64,000 nt of DNA from Rebecca billardiae RCC1528. Its lineage: Eukaryota; Protista; Haptophyta. Numbering within the stretch: position 1 is the first letter of the stretch; every line of letters begins with the position of its first letter. The stretch covers positions 434,001-498,000 of the forward strand of contig OZ251255.1 of the NCBI GenBank assembly GCA_965240325.2. Direction: 5' to 3'. Made by a program: the position numbers and the translations under genes. Of this stretch, positions 38,101-50,691 are shown piece after piece. The notes beneath the pieces are model-generated. The model saw only the letters and a program-made list of their open reading frames with translations. It was not told the origin of the DNA and made no database searches.

Positions 38101-39544
38101 GCTGCTCACGCACGCGGCGGTGGGCACGGGGCCGTGGCAGTGGGGCGAGAGCCTGACCGTCTACATCCTTGCCAGGGGGCAGCTCGGTGCGCGCCCGCGC
38201 GCGCGCGCCCGAGCGCGCGGCACGCGCGGCGCGAATGCACGCGCGCCCGCCGCCGACGCGCGGCCGCCACCCTCGCGCGCACCACCGCCGCCGCCCCCAT
38301 GCGCCGCCGCGGTGGCCAGGCGTGTACTCGCACCCGGTGCGCGCCGTCAAGGGCGGCACGGCCGCGGCGGGGCGATGGCGCTTCGAGACGGCGGCGGATG
38401 CGGAGAGCGGCGGCGGCGACGGCAGCGCCGCGCAGGCGGCGCCGCTGCGCTTCATGGTGCGCGCGCGCGCGCGCGCGTTGGAGCCGCGCGTGCGCGCGCG
38501 CGCGGTGCCGCGGCCTCGCAGCCGGCGTCTGCTGCGCCTGCCCGCGGCGCGCTGGGGCTGCGCCGTGCGGACGGGGCGTGCCGCGTGGCGCCGCCCGCCG
38601 CTCGCGCTCACAGCGTGCGCACCGCGCCCTGTTGCCTACCTGCGCTGGGGGCGCGCGCCTTTGCTCTCGTGCGCGTGTGTGTGCGCGCTTCATCCTCTGG
38701 CTGCTCGGCTCTGATTGGCTGCTGCTGCTGCTGCGTGTGTCATCCTCTGGCTGCTCGGCTCTGATTGGCTGCTGCTGCTGCTGCGTGTGTCATCGCGATG
38801 CGTGCACCCGTGTGTACCTGTGTGTATCTGTGTACCGTTGGCGCGTGTGCGCGCCGCCGCGACCTCCTGGGACGCCCTCGTCGGCGGCAGGTGTGCGGCG
38901 TGCACTACCGCGTCACCTTCAGCCTGGGGGGCGGCAGCTGGACGCTCAGCGCCACGCCGGTCGAGGGCGGCGGCGCGGCGGTGCCGGGCGTGCTCGGCGG
39001 CGGCGGCCCGCCGCGCGGCACGCACGCCGCCGAGGCCGCCAGTTACGAGTCCGGCTCTCTCGCGGCGCAGATGGTGGGCACCGGACCGTACCAGTGGGCG
39101 GGGATGACGCCGTGCGTCTTCCTCCGCGGCGGCGTCTTCATGACGCCGTGGGCGCCGGGCACGTGGGGCGCCAAGCCTGGTGCGCGCGCGCAGCGGCGGG
39201 CGGCCGCGGAGCTCGCGCGTGGCCGTGGACGCGGACGCTTGCCGCCGCCGCGCGCGACACGTGCGCACACCGCCAGCCGCGCCGCGCGCGGCGACGGGCG
39301 CGCGCACACCTCACTCACCCCACCCGCGCGCCGCGCCGCGCGTACGGGCTGGCTGGCGGCTTCAGGCGACCCGAGCGCGATCGTCGCCACCTTCTACGGC
39401 ATCAAGCACGAGCTGACCCTCTCGTCCGCCGAGTGCGGCAAGCTGCTCTCGATGCGCGTGAGCGACCGCGACCGCGTGCCGGTGGCGTTCATGCACGAGA
39501 AGACGAGTAAGGGGGCGGGCGCGTGCCAGGGGCACCACGGCTAG
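34630..39544 (+). CDS. Hydroxyproline O-arabinosyltransferase (HPAT-like) with C-terminal extension; multi-exon
   Basis: Type II TM anchor. YHVIMTA..YQ|EWQSRIAYYHY, MGGFTRL, FIVMNR|PWG, EEYVLILETDH, GPSP, FGWVLEMWGY, HYTF and SKR motifs. GC-AG intron 36266..36489. Confidence 0.88.
38691..38790. repeat. Perfect 50-bp tandem duplication, intronic
   Basis: CATCCTCTGGCTGCTCGGCTCTGATTGGCT...GCGTGTGT occurs twice. Confidence 0.9.
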
Positions 39545-40355
39545 CTATAGCTGGCTAGCGTGCGCCCGGCCGCCCGCTCCGCCCATCAGCGCGCGGGAGG
39601 GCTGCCCACGCGGATGTTGAACCCGTCACCCGACCGCGTCGCACGCGGCGGCAGGCGCAGCGCACAGCGGGCAGCGGCCCTCAGCCGAGTCATACTCATC
39701 GCGCTCGCCGCACGGCCTCCGAGGTCACAGCAGAGTACTTCAGACCGTCGTCCGCTGAGGCATGCAGTATAACATCTCAGAGTAGCGCGCTTCGCCGGGC
39801 GTCATCCGGCCCGGCCCGCTCGCGCGCCGCGCAGCCTGCGGGCTTGCTGGCGGGCGCAGCCGCGCCGGAAGCTCCGCCTGATGCGGGCAATCGGCGGGGC
39901 GAACTAAGGATCTGAGCGGATGACCGCCAAACGAATATGAATCGTCGCCTGACAGTCTGATTTGCTTCGTTCGAATCTTCGATCCGCGACGCGAATATAT
40001 GTAGTATATGAATGAATAACCATTTTAACTCACATTGGCGGTCAGTCGGTCACCCCACCGACCGAGTCGAGTAGTCGACGTCGAGCTGGATGAATCTGCA
40101 TTGACGCGATCCCGCCGAACTATGATACTACAGAGTTTGGATGGTGGTATACTGTTCAAACCCCCAGTTTCCAGGTCTCTCTTGGAGAGCGTGCGATGAA
40201 GGATGGCGCGGCAACCTGCCACCGTGAGCCTTACGCACGTTAAAACAAATAAACTGTATGCGTGATTTACACTGCGCAACCGCGACGAACCACGTGAGTA
40301 ACGGGGGTGGAGACTCACTGGAGAGTTCCACGGCGCGTGTTGTCCCGTGGCGGAG

Positions 40356-41945
40356 ATGAGCAGCTCTCCCTCGGAGGGGCAGCGTGTGCAGCGCACTGCT
40401 TCACCGCCGAGCGGGGACTTGCCGCAGGCGCCGATCTCGCCCGCCCGTGATGCCAATCCCCGCCTGGGAGATCGGACCCCCACCCTCGCGATCCGCGATG
40501 CGCTCGAGCGCGCGCGCGACGCGGGTCGCCGCCGCCAAAAGGTGATTCAAGTGCCCGCCGTGGTCTTCGGGCTCAGCCTCTTCATAGTCGCCCTGGCGTT
40601 TGGCTTCGTGCCCACGCTGGCCAACCTGCCATGGGCACGCGGCTCGATGGTCAGCATCAGCTACACCCTCGGCCTGCTGTCCCTCCTGCTCGCGCTCATC
40701 CCGACTCAGCGGCGCGTCGTCCGCGCCGGCGTCGTGCTCTACTCGCTCTTCATGCTCTACACCGCCGGCGGGGTGGGCGCGGGGAGCGTCGTGCCGACGG
40801 CGCTTGCGCTGGCCACCGACACCCACGAGCCGTGCAGCGGCGACGGCGCTGCCTCCTCCAGCGCGTGCACGCTTGCTCTCGTGAGGCTGGTGCGCTCGTG
40901 CGTCATTGTGGCCGTGCACGTGTGCGGCATCGTGCTCTTGCTCGGCTCGCTCTGCCGCGCGCGCATGCAGGCGCGCGCGCAGCTCGATCTGGTCTGGCGT
41001 GTCTTCGCGGTGACGCAGATCGTGATGGGCCTCGCCCGCCTCTCGTTCGACATCCCCGCTGCGCTGGGGTACCACCCGCCACGAGCGGCCCCGTTCGCCT
41101 CCGCGTCTCTGCTCCTGTTGACCGGCGCGGCGGCGGCGACGGGTCGGCTGCGTGAGGTGACGCAGGCCTGGCTGGCGTCCAACGGCGAGGGCATCCGCTC
41201 CGCGTCGATGCTCAGCGTGCTGCTCAGCGGGCGCTCGGCGGAGGAGGCGCTGCTGCTGGCAGAGGGCCTGCTCCGCAGCGTGAGCGCAGACAAGGTGGAC
41301 GCTGCCGGGCTGCGCGGCGACCGCTCCGAGCAGGAGTGCTTCGCGCTCTCCGAGCCCGCCTCGTTCGGCAGCGTGGACGCCTTCGTGTGCCACGCGCACG
41401 GCGACAGCGCGGAGGAGAGGGCCGAGCAGCTCCGGCTGTGGGCGGCCGACTTCAGCCGCGAGCACGGGCGCGCGCCGCGGCTGTGGATGGATGCCTACTG
41501 CCTCGAGGCGAGGTCCATCGAGCCGTCGCTAGAGTGCCTGCCGGTCTTCCTGGCGAGCTGCGACCGGCTGCTCGTGCTGCACGGCCCGGCGCTCCCACAG
41601 CGCCTGTGGTGCGTGACCGAGCTCTTCTTCCACCTCTCGATCGGCGCACAGCGCGCGAGCAAGACGGACGTGCTCCGGCTGCCCAGCGCGACCGCCAACA
41701 ACTTGTTGCCGGCCGGCCTCCTCGTCGCCCAAGACTTTGACGCGCGCCGCGCGCAGTGCATGTACAGCCACGACCGGGATCTTCTCCTGACGATCCTGGA
41801 GGCGTACCCGGGCGGCATCCCCGCGTTCAACACCGCGGTCTCGCGCATGCTCGTGATGGGGTCGGAAGGCGGCGGAAGCCGCGGGCCGGACGAGCAGCGC
41901 GGTCATCATGGCGCCATTGTTGTGCCGGTTGGCCCCACATTCTAA
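40356..41945 (+). CDS. Intronless multi-TM (about 6) protein with C-terminal TIR/HET-like domain
   Basis: Hydrophobic helices followed by DAFVCHAHGD...LWMDAYCL...LPVFLASCDRLLVL...RLWCVTELF...FDARRAQC...DRDLLL. Confidence 0.8.
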   Translation: MSSSPSEGQRVQRTASPPSGDLPQAPISPARDANPRLGDRTPTLAIRDALERARDAGRRRQKVIQVPAVVFGLSLFIVALAFGFVPTLANLPWARGSMVSISYTLGLLSLLLALIPTQRRVVRAGVVLYSLFMLYTAGGVGAGSVVPTALALATDTHEPCSGDGAASSSACTLALVRLVRSCVIVAVHVCGIVLLLGSLCRARMQARAQLDLVWRVFAVTQIVMGLARLSFDIPAALGYHPPRAAPFASASLLLLTGAAAATGRLREVTQAWLASNGEGIRSASMLSVLLSGRSAEEALLLAEGLLRSVSADKVDAAGLRGDRSEQECFALSEPASFGSVDAFVCHAHGDSAEERAEQLRLWAADFSREHGRAPRLWMDAYCLEARSIEPSLECLPVFLASCDRLLVLHGPALPQRLWCVTELFFHLSIGAQRASKTDVLRLPSATANNLLPAGLLVAQDFDARRAQCMYSHDRDLLLTILEAYPGGIPAFNTAVSRMLVMGSEGGGSRGPDEQRGHHGAIVVPVGPTF

Positions 41946-43217
41946 ATCCATCCACGACACTGTCACTGTACAGTACGCGTCGTGAGCTGCGTTCCTGAGC
42001 TCGTGCGTTCGGACTGGAACCAGCCGGTGCAAGACGGCTGCCGCCTTCTGAGTCGGGCGGCGTCCGCCGGAAACGCGGTGCTCGGGCGTCCTGACGGCGC
42101 GGCGGTGACACCGGCGCGCTGACTCACGACTACAGTATATAACTAACTGCCACTAGCTGCGACTAAGCCGTGACGGCGATTAGTATATCATCCGTGAGAG
42201 TCGTCGGAGACGCCCCGGACCGCGCGGGCGTTATCGTACGCGACGGTACGCGTCGATAGCCAACTAACTATACTGCGCGCTTATATTAGCCAGCGCCAGT
42301 GGCGCCTCACGGAGTTCGGACTCTGGCCGAGCCGCCGGCTGCCCGGGCCGGCCCGGAGCAGCCGCGGGCGACCCCTGACGCCGCCCGGCCCCCGGGCTGG
42401 CACCGTGAGGCCGCGGGAGTGAATAAGGATTAAGGGACAGGGTCGGCGACTACTCACTCCGTCTGACGTCTCCGCCGAACCGCCGCGAACCGTGTCAGCT
42501 GACTGGTGTCATGCACGGTAGGCAGTAATACTGTTGAAGAGTAGTAGTAATATATTGTTACTAAGTTAGACAGCACGTCATCCGTCGTCATCAAACCGAC
42601 ACACGGGCTGCAGCAGTCGAGGCCATTGTGACTGCGGCGGACGGGCGGCTTGACCGGCCGTGCGGCCGGGCCGGTACTGACCGTCCGAGTTACACTGTCA
42701 GATGGGGTCCAGAGGCAGAGATCGACCGAGCAACTCCAAAAAACACTATAAACAGCGGAGTGAGCGGTAGCTAGTGCTGGTTATTTAGAAGGGCCGGGGG
42801 CGGCGTCGCAGCGGCAGGCCGGCTGCTTCCCCATAGGCCATACGCAGCCTGGCGGAGTCCAGCCGGTGAGCGGCAGCGCGCGCCAGTTCGGGCTTCGTCG
42901 CCTTTTTTGCTGGCTGGAAAAGGCAAAAGCGCAGGGCTCAGTCGACAGCTTGAGCTCCAGAGCACGTCGGCACGGGCCCCGCCGTAAAAATACCTAAAAA
43001 CCACCCCCAAAAGTTACAAAACGCGCCCACCCGTGTTTTTTGTTTTTTTTCGCCGGTTGCGCGCGGCCCGGACCGAGCCGTTGGTGCTCCACAGCCACAG
43101 CCAAGCCTGCTGATGGGCGCAGCGGCTTTGGCGTGGCGCACGAGGCCTGTCGCGGGGCGGGTGGCGGCGTCATCGGCGCAGGCGCGGACGTCCACGGGTG
43201 AGTCTCGAGGCCGCGCG

Positions 43218-45101
43218 ATGGACGACGCGGAGGAGGCGTACGACGACGACTTTGAGGACGACGACGAGCCGGACGCGGCCGCGTCGGCGTCGGCGGCGGA
43301 TGCTGCGGCGGCGGTGGCGGCGGAGTCATCGCAGCCCGCGCCCGCGCCCGCGCGCGCCGCGCTCAGCGCGAGCAACGCGCCGCCGGCGCTGGGCGAGCCG
43401 GCGGCGCCGGCCGATGGGCGTCCCAAGGCTGGCCGGCGGGGCGCCGCGCCCGTCGCGCGCGCGCACGCCGACCCCGGTGCCGACGCGGCGGCCGACAGCG
43501 GCGGCGGCGGCGGCGGCGGCTCGGCCGCGGCCGCCGGCCGCGGCTGGGTCGAAATTGCATGGGACGAGCTCGAGCTGGGCGACGTGGTGGCGCGTGGCGC
43601 GTCGGGCGAGATCCGCGTCGCGTACTACCGCGGCCAGCTCGTCGCCGCCAAGTCGCTCTTCGCCGGCGCCGCGCGCTCGCCGCTCAAGTCGGAGCAGGTG
43701 TGCCCCGCCGCGCCGCGCCTAACCCTAACCCTCACCTAAACCCGAAGCCGAAGCCGAAGCCAGCCGGCAAGCCCGCCCGCGCCGCGCACGCGCCGGCTGG
43801 CCTGCCGCATGCCGCGAGCGCGCGCGCCGGCTGCGCGCGGAGCGGGGAGCGTGCCGCGCGCGGGCAGCGGGTGTGGCGTGCCGGCAGCGCGGGGGCGTTG
43901 GTGTGTGCGCGTTGGTGCGTTGGTGTGTGTGCCGTGTGCGGAGAGCGCTCCCGCCCTGCCGTGCGCGGCGCCGCGGCGCGCGGCGCATGTGGCTCCGCGG
44001 CCGTAACCGTCTCCGTACCTGCCTCCGCGCGCGCGGATGCGCACCCGCGCACCCGCGCGCCCGCGCGCCCGCGCTAAAAACAACAACAACTGTTTATATT
44101 TTTTTTCGCGCAGGCGGAGTGGCGCCGCGCCTACGACGAGTACATGAGCGAGATCCTGACGCTGTCGGGGCTGCGCGGCGCGCCGCACGTGCTCACGCTC
44201 CTCGGCGCGTGCATGCAGCCGGCGCTCGGGCGGTGCGCGATCGTGTGCGAATTCTGCGAATGTTCTCTTTTCGAAGCCTTGCACACGCCGCCCAGCCACC
44301 TGCTCAGCCCGGCGGCGCGCGCGGCGCAGCTCGCCGCCGCCGCGGCCGCGGCGGCGTCGGAGGCGGCGGCGATGGGCGGCTCGGCCGCGCCCACGCCCGC
44401 GGCGGCGGCCGTTGCCGCCGACCCGCGGCTCCGCAGGCCGGCGGCGGCGCGCGTGCTCGCCCTGCTCCTGGGCCACGAGTCCGGGTCTTCCCCGGACTCC
44501 GACCCGGCGGCGGCGCTCGGGTCCTCGCTGGGCGTGGCGGGCGCGCTCGACGCGCGCACCTACAGCAAGCGCGCGCTCGCGGCCGTGCTGGCGCAGGTGT
44601 GCGCGCGCGCGCGTTGAGTGCTCGCGCGTCGAGCGCGCGCGCACGCGCGACGGGCACTCGCATCGGGCGCGGGCGCGCGCGGCCTCCGCGAGGCCTGCGC
44701 CCTGCCCCGCGCCCGCGCGCGCCCCCCGAACCCACACCCAACCCCCGCCGCTGCCCCCGCCGCCCCGCCAGGTCGCGGACGCGCTCGCGCACCTGCACGC
44801 CCTCGCGCCCGCCATCGTGCACAGGGACGTCAAGTCTCACAACGTTCTGCTGACTGTGCGGCGCGCCGGCGGCTCGGCGGCCGCGGGCGCGGCGGCGGGC
44901 TTGGCTGACGGTGGCGGCGGTGGCGGCTCGGCGGCGGGGGGGGCGCTCGAGCTGAGCGCGCGGCTGTGCGACTTTGGGCTGGTGGGCACCACGACCATCG
45001 ATGCGGGTACGCCCGGGTACATGGCGCCCGAGCTCTTCAAGAAGACAGCCTACTCGAAGGTGCGTGCGCGCGTGTGCGTTTGCGTGTGCGTGCGCGTGCG
45101 T

Positions 45102-45150
<49 letters not shown>

Positions 45151-45393
45151 CGTGTGCGTGCGTGCGTGTGCGCGTGTGTGTGTGTGCGTGTGCGTGTGTG
45201 TGTGTGCCTGCCCTGCCTACGCACAGCGCAGCGCTAGAGCCGGCCGCGTGCCAGGGGTGGTCAGGGCGGGCGTGGCGTGTGCTCTGCCGCCGCCGCGCCG
45301 CCGGCCTCAGGCCAACCGACACGCGCCCGACACGCACGCACACACGCACGCACACACACACGCACACACGCACACACGCACGCACACATGCAC

Positions 45394-45432
<39 letters not shown>

Positions 45433-45968
45433 CACACACGCACACACACACACACACACGCACACACACACACGCACACACACACACGCACACACACACA
45501 CGCGCACACTCACGCGGGGGCCCGCCGCGCGCGCGCGCGGCGCAGGCGGTCGACGTGTACGCGCTCGGGATGGTCGTCTGGGAGGCGTGGGCGGCCGAGC
45601 TGCCATTCGACGGGTACGCGCCCGCGGACATCAGGCGACTGGTCACCGCCGGTGAGCGACCGAGCCTGCCGCGCGCGATGCCGCGCGCCGTCGGCGAGCT
45701 CGTCACCGCCTGCTGGGACGCGAACGCCGCGCGCCGCCCGGCGGCGGCGGAGGTCGGCGAGCGCCTGCGCGCGCTCGCGGAGACGCTGCCGGCCGGCGGC
45801 GCGCGCGCGGGCACGCCCGGCCTCGGCGCTACGCACCCGCCAGGCCACGCCCGCGGCGGCGCCGCCGCCGCCGCCGCGCCACGAGAGCCCGCCGGCCCCG
45901 CGGCCGCGCTCGCCAGCCGCTCGGAGGTGGTCGCTCTCTCGGACTCACTCGACGCGCTCCTGCGCTGA
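43218..45968 (+). CDS. TKL-group protein kinase, 4 exons
   Basis: [40 protein letters not shown]...RP. Introns 43698..44113, 44597..44771 and 45060..45545. Confidence 0.92.
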
Positions 45969-46384
45969 GCGCGCCGCCGCTGTGGGCCCCGCGGCGGTCC
46001 CGGGCGGGCGGATGCGGGACGAGGCGGCGGGGCGGAGGCCGCCCGTCTTTCCTCGAGCTCGCTCCAAGCGGCACGGGACGGCCTGCGCGCGCCGCCCTCG
46101 CCAGCCGGCCGGGCAGGCGGCAGCGTGGGCCAGGTGCCAGTAACGGCCCGCCGGGCTGACGTGACTCCGACGGGCTATGACGAGCCGAGCGCCGGCCTGA
46201 CGGCAGCCTCCGAGATGACCGAGATTGGAGCGTCGCGGCAGCCGCGGTAGTCCGCGCATCATACACCGCGCGTAAATGATGAACGAATAACATTAACGAT
46301 GGCGCGCAGCGTGACTCGTCCGAGTCACGTCGGCGTCCCCGACTCGCCGCCGCGGCCGGCGTCCGCGACCGCAGGCGCATATGG

Positions 46385-48104
46385 TAGGGGGGCCAAAGTG
46401 GCACTGTGACGTGACTGACGGCTACGAGCGCTGGTCCTAGCGAGTGTTTAGCGCTGCTGAATTGGGGCTGGATCATATGCCCTCTGGAGGGGTCTGGGCC
46501 AGCCAAGTAAAAACATCAGGTGTACATACCCTGAATATAGGGCGTAACGGCTAGCATATTTACTTATTAGAATGAGCCTGAACTTATTGGAAACGGCATG
46601 TAACGGCTGTCGTATATGTGACATATAGACCATGTCGACTTCACTTTGATAGAGCATCTCGGCGAGATCGTTCTGAGTCCCCAGCAGCAGCAGGTCCCAA
46701 CATGCGATATAGGCTGTGTACTGGCAGGCTGTCAAACACGTAGTTTCCCGGAAGCCACTGGTCGTTACATACCCACCGTGTATATAGACGCCATGCTGAT
46801 GAATACAGTCTCGTCTGATCTCGAGCCGCGAGATACGTTTTCAGACTGTGTATACGGCCATGCGTACGGCGTATTGCAGATATAGTAGACCCGAGGCACC
46901 GGCCCCATGTCCTCAGCCCGGGAGTACTCTCGGGCATAATCAAGGTTTAAAGTCACTCGAGCCAACCGTCACCGCTCCATGGCCGAGACCTACGAGGCAG
47001 GTCAAATCTGTCGTCGTTGCAGTGCGGCACAGTGCCGAGCATGCGATTCGGCAGCAAACGCCTGCTCCAGGTGGTGGCTGGCGTCTCTGCACCAAACCAG
47101 GCCGGATGGGATCGGTCCATATATGTACGCCCTACCCTTTTCCGCGCTATTTCTGGGCGTTGGGGCGGATATTCGGCCTACAGAGGCTGATCCGGCGCTG
47201 TTCGGCGCTCCTGTCTGGCTGCGCGGAGCCGAATGGCAAGCGCCGGCGTGTGCAAGGTGTCAAGATTGAGACGGTCTCTGACGCTCCCGCCGGTCTTGGG
47301 CGCACCAGGGTGCATTGAGGCCCATCTGCGTCTGCTTCTGCAGGCATGCGCGTCACAGGGGCGCGCTTGTAGGCACGGTCGAGTGCACATCGGACCTGTC
47401 GAATGAGCCATCCGCTGCCTGCGAGCACGTCCGCGACGTCCTGAGAGGCGAATGGGAGGCGCCCCGACGCCATCTGGGGGCACGCGTGACCCATACCCAA
47501 CGTGCTGACCATCGCAAGTGCCACGGCAGGTGCAAACACGGGCCCTACGAGCGGAACATGACAGTTGCGGGCTGCGCGGAGGTGTTGCGCGCGAGCTCGC
47601 GCCGGTCTGCTGACGGCGATTCCGGCGCAGCAGGGCAGGTTAGGCGAGCTGGGCATCCACGGATACACATGCACACTTGGGGCGAGCATCGATCTCGCCG
47701 GGGCGAGTTGATCTTGAGCCACAAGGAGGGGTAGCGTGACGGGCGTACGCAGCGCAGCAATTCAAGCCGGCCGACGCGCGCCGCGCACGGCGCGAGGTGG
47801 CCAAGAACCGGGTGGTGAGCCGCTGGTGGCGCAAAGACAAGGGTCAGAAGCGCCCACCAGCGTCACGCGCGCGCGCTCCCGAGACCATCTCGGCGTATCA
47901 TGGGACGCGAGCGCGCGGCGGTCCACTGCCTCCGGCCGCTCATGCTCGAGCGGAACCGAGCTCTGAGCGTCCGAAGGCGTCGGAGCTCGATTTTCGAGCG
48001 GGGTCCGAGAAAAAGGCTCCGCGCCACCCTAAAAGGCCGAGGGAGGAGCGAAAATGCGCCGCGGCTTTGATTTTCTTTTTTAAATGAGCGGTTTGGCCCC
48101 CCTA
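46385..48104. mobile_element. Non-autonomous TIR DNA transposon, 1720 bp, 7-bp TSD
   Basis: 13-bp perfect TIRs TAGGGGGGCCAAA / TTTGGCCCCCCTA. Direct repeat CATATGG at 46378..46384 and 48105..48111. Interior has lower GC and no recognisable ORF. Confidence 0.85.
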
Positions 48105-48735
48105 CATATGGCATCCGTCCATCGTCAGCATGCCAGCGCAGCACGCACTATATATATAAGTCTCCGAGTCTCAGGCTTATCCCGCGGCTCCTGCGTCCCG
48201 TCAGAGTAGTGCGGCACCGTTACACGCGGCCACACTTCGTTATAACGCAGGCGCGGTCACACCGTGACCGGGTCACCCCAAGGCTACTAGTGGCCCAACG
48301 GTGCCGCGGGTGCCCGGGCGCCGGGGCGGCGGCCGCCGGTCCGCGCCGCGGGACTGACGCGGTGTGACGCGGCGGCTGTCCGACTCTGCCGAGCTAGCCC
48401 GCACCGTAGCTGATGTGATGCGCGTGACAATTGTCGGACACGGCACTCGAGACATGCACGGGCGCAGCTGATGGCAGCCAGGCCGAGGCGCGAGCACCGC
48501 GATATTGCGCGGCAACTCACGCCAGAAGCACTGGCCGGGATCAGCTGGCGGCTCCGTCACATCCTGAATGCAGCGGCGCGGGCGCGGCTGTGCCGCTCGC
48601 TGCCACTCTAACACGGGCCTGCCACCATACACGGGCTGCGAGCAGGTGGCCCACGTGCGCAGACATCCAGCGACGTGCAGCGTGCAGCAGCAGCAGCCCC
48701 TGCCGCGCGCCGCCGTCGTCAGTCGTCAGAGCACA

Positions 48736-49308
48736 TCAGAACCGCAGCGCGGACGCGGCCGTGTGCCGCGACTCGGTGGGCGCGACGCGGGAGCGGCGGA
48801 GCCTGGACGGCGTGCCGGGCAGCTCGTCGGCGTTGTCAAGCCCGTGCGTATCGGGCGGCACCCACATGATCGGGAGCCCCTTCCCGCCCGCGTCGAGCGG
48901 GCGGGTCTCCGGCGCCTGCAGCTTGAGCCCCAGCGCCGCGAGCTCGGCGGCGAGATCGTCCGTCGAGAGGAAGGCGCGGTCCGGCTCGAGGTCGACGCGC
49001 ACGCTGGCCGGCGGGGTGGTCTCCTCGGGCTCCTCGGGCTCGGCTGGCTGCGCCGCCTTGGCCCCGTCGCCCTCCTCCTCGTCCGACTCGACGTCGTACT
49101 CCTCGCCGACCTTCCAGCTGACGCGCATGTGCCGGCTGTCGCGCTTTGGCCGGTGCCGGCCGGCAAGGATGGGGGTCGCAAACTTGCTCGCGGATGGGGC
49201 CGAGGGCAAAGGCTCGGAGTACGTGGTGCCGCTCGGCAGCTGGGCGAACACGGGGGCGTCCTCGTCTGCGCTCGCATATGCCGGAGACCGCGGCGGGGTC
49301 GTCAACAT
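48736..49308 (-). CDS. Hypothetical acidic, largely disordered protein
   Basis: ATG 49308 (MLTTPPRSP). Coding-like codon use. Contains RVSW, a possible PP1 RVxF docking motif. Confidence 0.6.
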   Translation of the reverse strand: MLTTPPRSPAYASADEDAPVFAQLPSGTTYSEPLPSAPSASKFATPILAGRHRPKRDSRHMRVSWKVGEEYDVESDEEEGDGAKAAQPAEPEEPEETTPPASVRVDLEPDRAFLSTDDLAAELAALGLKLQAPETRPLDAGGKGLPIMWVPPDTHGLDNADELPGTPSRLRRSRVAPTESRHTAASALRF

Positions 49309-50691
49309 GATCGTGTCGCACGCCGAAGACGCGAGGCACTGGCTGGTATCCGCCCACCCCCAAACCACGCACACTGCGCACCCGCGATTCACGACCCGCC
49401 CCCAATGGCCCAATCAAGGGCTTAAGGGTGCAAAAATACCGCCTGATCAAAGCCTACAACAATGCCCATTAGCAAGAGGGAGTATCAAACATCATTCACA
49501 CGCCCTCCCCTATCATAGCTTGTGTGCGGCGGTACATTTCGTCAAACTGGCGATTATCAAACACACAAACCCAGATCGGGGGGATCTTTCGAGAAACTCG
49601 TGGCGATACCTTGGCCGTGGTTATACAGGTGGATACGGGTGATCTGGACAGTGGCCGACCCAACTCACGCGGAGGCCTCCCTGGGAGCATTGGGGTCGAA
49701 GGGGCGCCAGGGACGGACTTCAGGGGGTCCCTGGAGTTCCGCCGCAGCGCGCTTTCTGCGCTGCGGGCCCGTCTCCGCGCGTGGCGGCCGCAATGGCACT
49801 GTCCAATTAGCCCCTGGCACTGGCTGAGGCATGGGAATCGAGCTCAGAGACGCGCGCGCGGAGGAAAAGCGTGTGCAGCGGCTCGGACGGTTGCTCTGGG
49901 ACCTACCCACGCCAGCGCAACCGCGCCTTGCCTCGGAGTCCGCCCTTCCTGAGTCCGCGCACGCGCCTTGCGGCTTGAAACGCTGGCGTTCGCCCTTGTG
50001 CGCGGGACTCACGAAACAAGGCGAAGGCGGCGAGAAGCGCGACCTGGCGCGTGCGCAGACGACGTCTCACGACCAGGTGAGTTCAGCGAACATCGTGCGC
50101 CGTCGTGGCGACCCGCCAGTGGGCGCTCGTGCTCGTTCGCCCACGAGCCCTCGCCACGAGGCCCGCCGCCCGCTGAGTGTCCAGATAGCCCCTGTGTCCA
50201 GTTAGCCCGTATCCACCTGTACCGGTGTCTTTCATCAAGAATGGTACTCCGCTATTCGTCATCGTCAAATCTGTCGTACTATTCGATCGCATACAATTTG
50301 GCGCCGAACGCCTGACGACATATTATCAACCTCGTCAAAAACTGATTGCATCCATCCAAAGGCTCCACTGCACACTGTTCATGAACTCACAAACCTCTCA
50401 TTGAGTGTTACTACTTACTTCACAGTCTAAGTCTTGCTGTCAGTCTCATCACCAATGCTGCACTACACCGCGCAGTACCGGGCCATGCGCGCACCACATC
50501 CGCGCTACGTGGCCTGCGCGCTGGACGACTGAGAGCCCATGCCGACCCACTGCGTTCCACTGCTGCCCGCATGCACCCCGAGTCACCAGTTCATTCACAG
50601 TGAGTGCCAGGGCGTTACTCCAATAACTCCATTCACGGCGTCATCACCGAGTGTGATCGGCCAGCCGCTCCGCTGACGATGCTGAGTCGTG

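Noticed and set aside
38691-38790. Direct repeats considered as a CRISPR array
   Set aside because: This is a contiguous duplication with no spacers, inside a eukaryotic intron, and no cas genes are present.
46979-47734. Cys-rich short ORFs inside the TIR element
   Set aside because: They are broken by stops and show no recognisable transposase or zinc-finger spacing.
49410-50420. Lower-GC block starting TTAAGGG, a possible piggyBac or Kolobok end
   Set aside because: No matching inverted right end was found.
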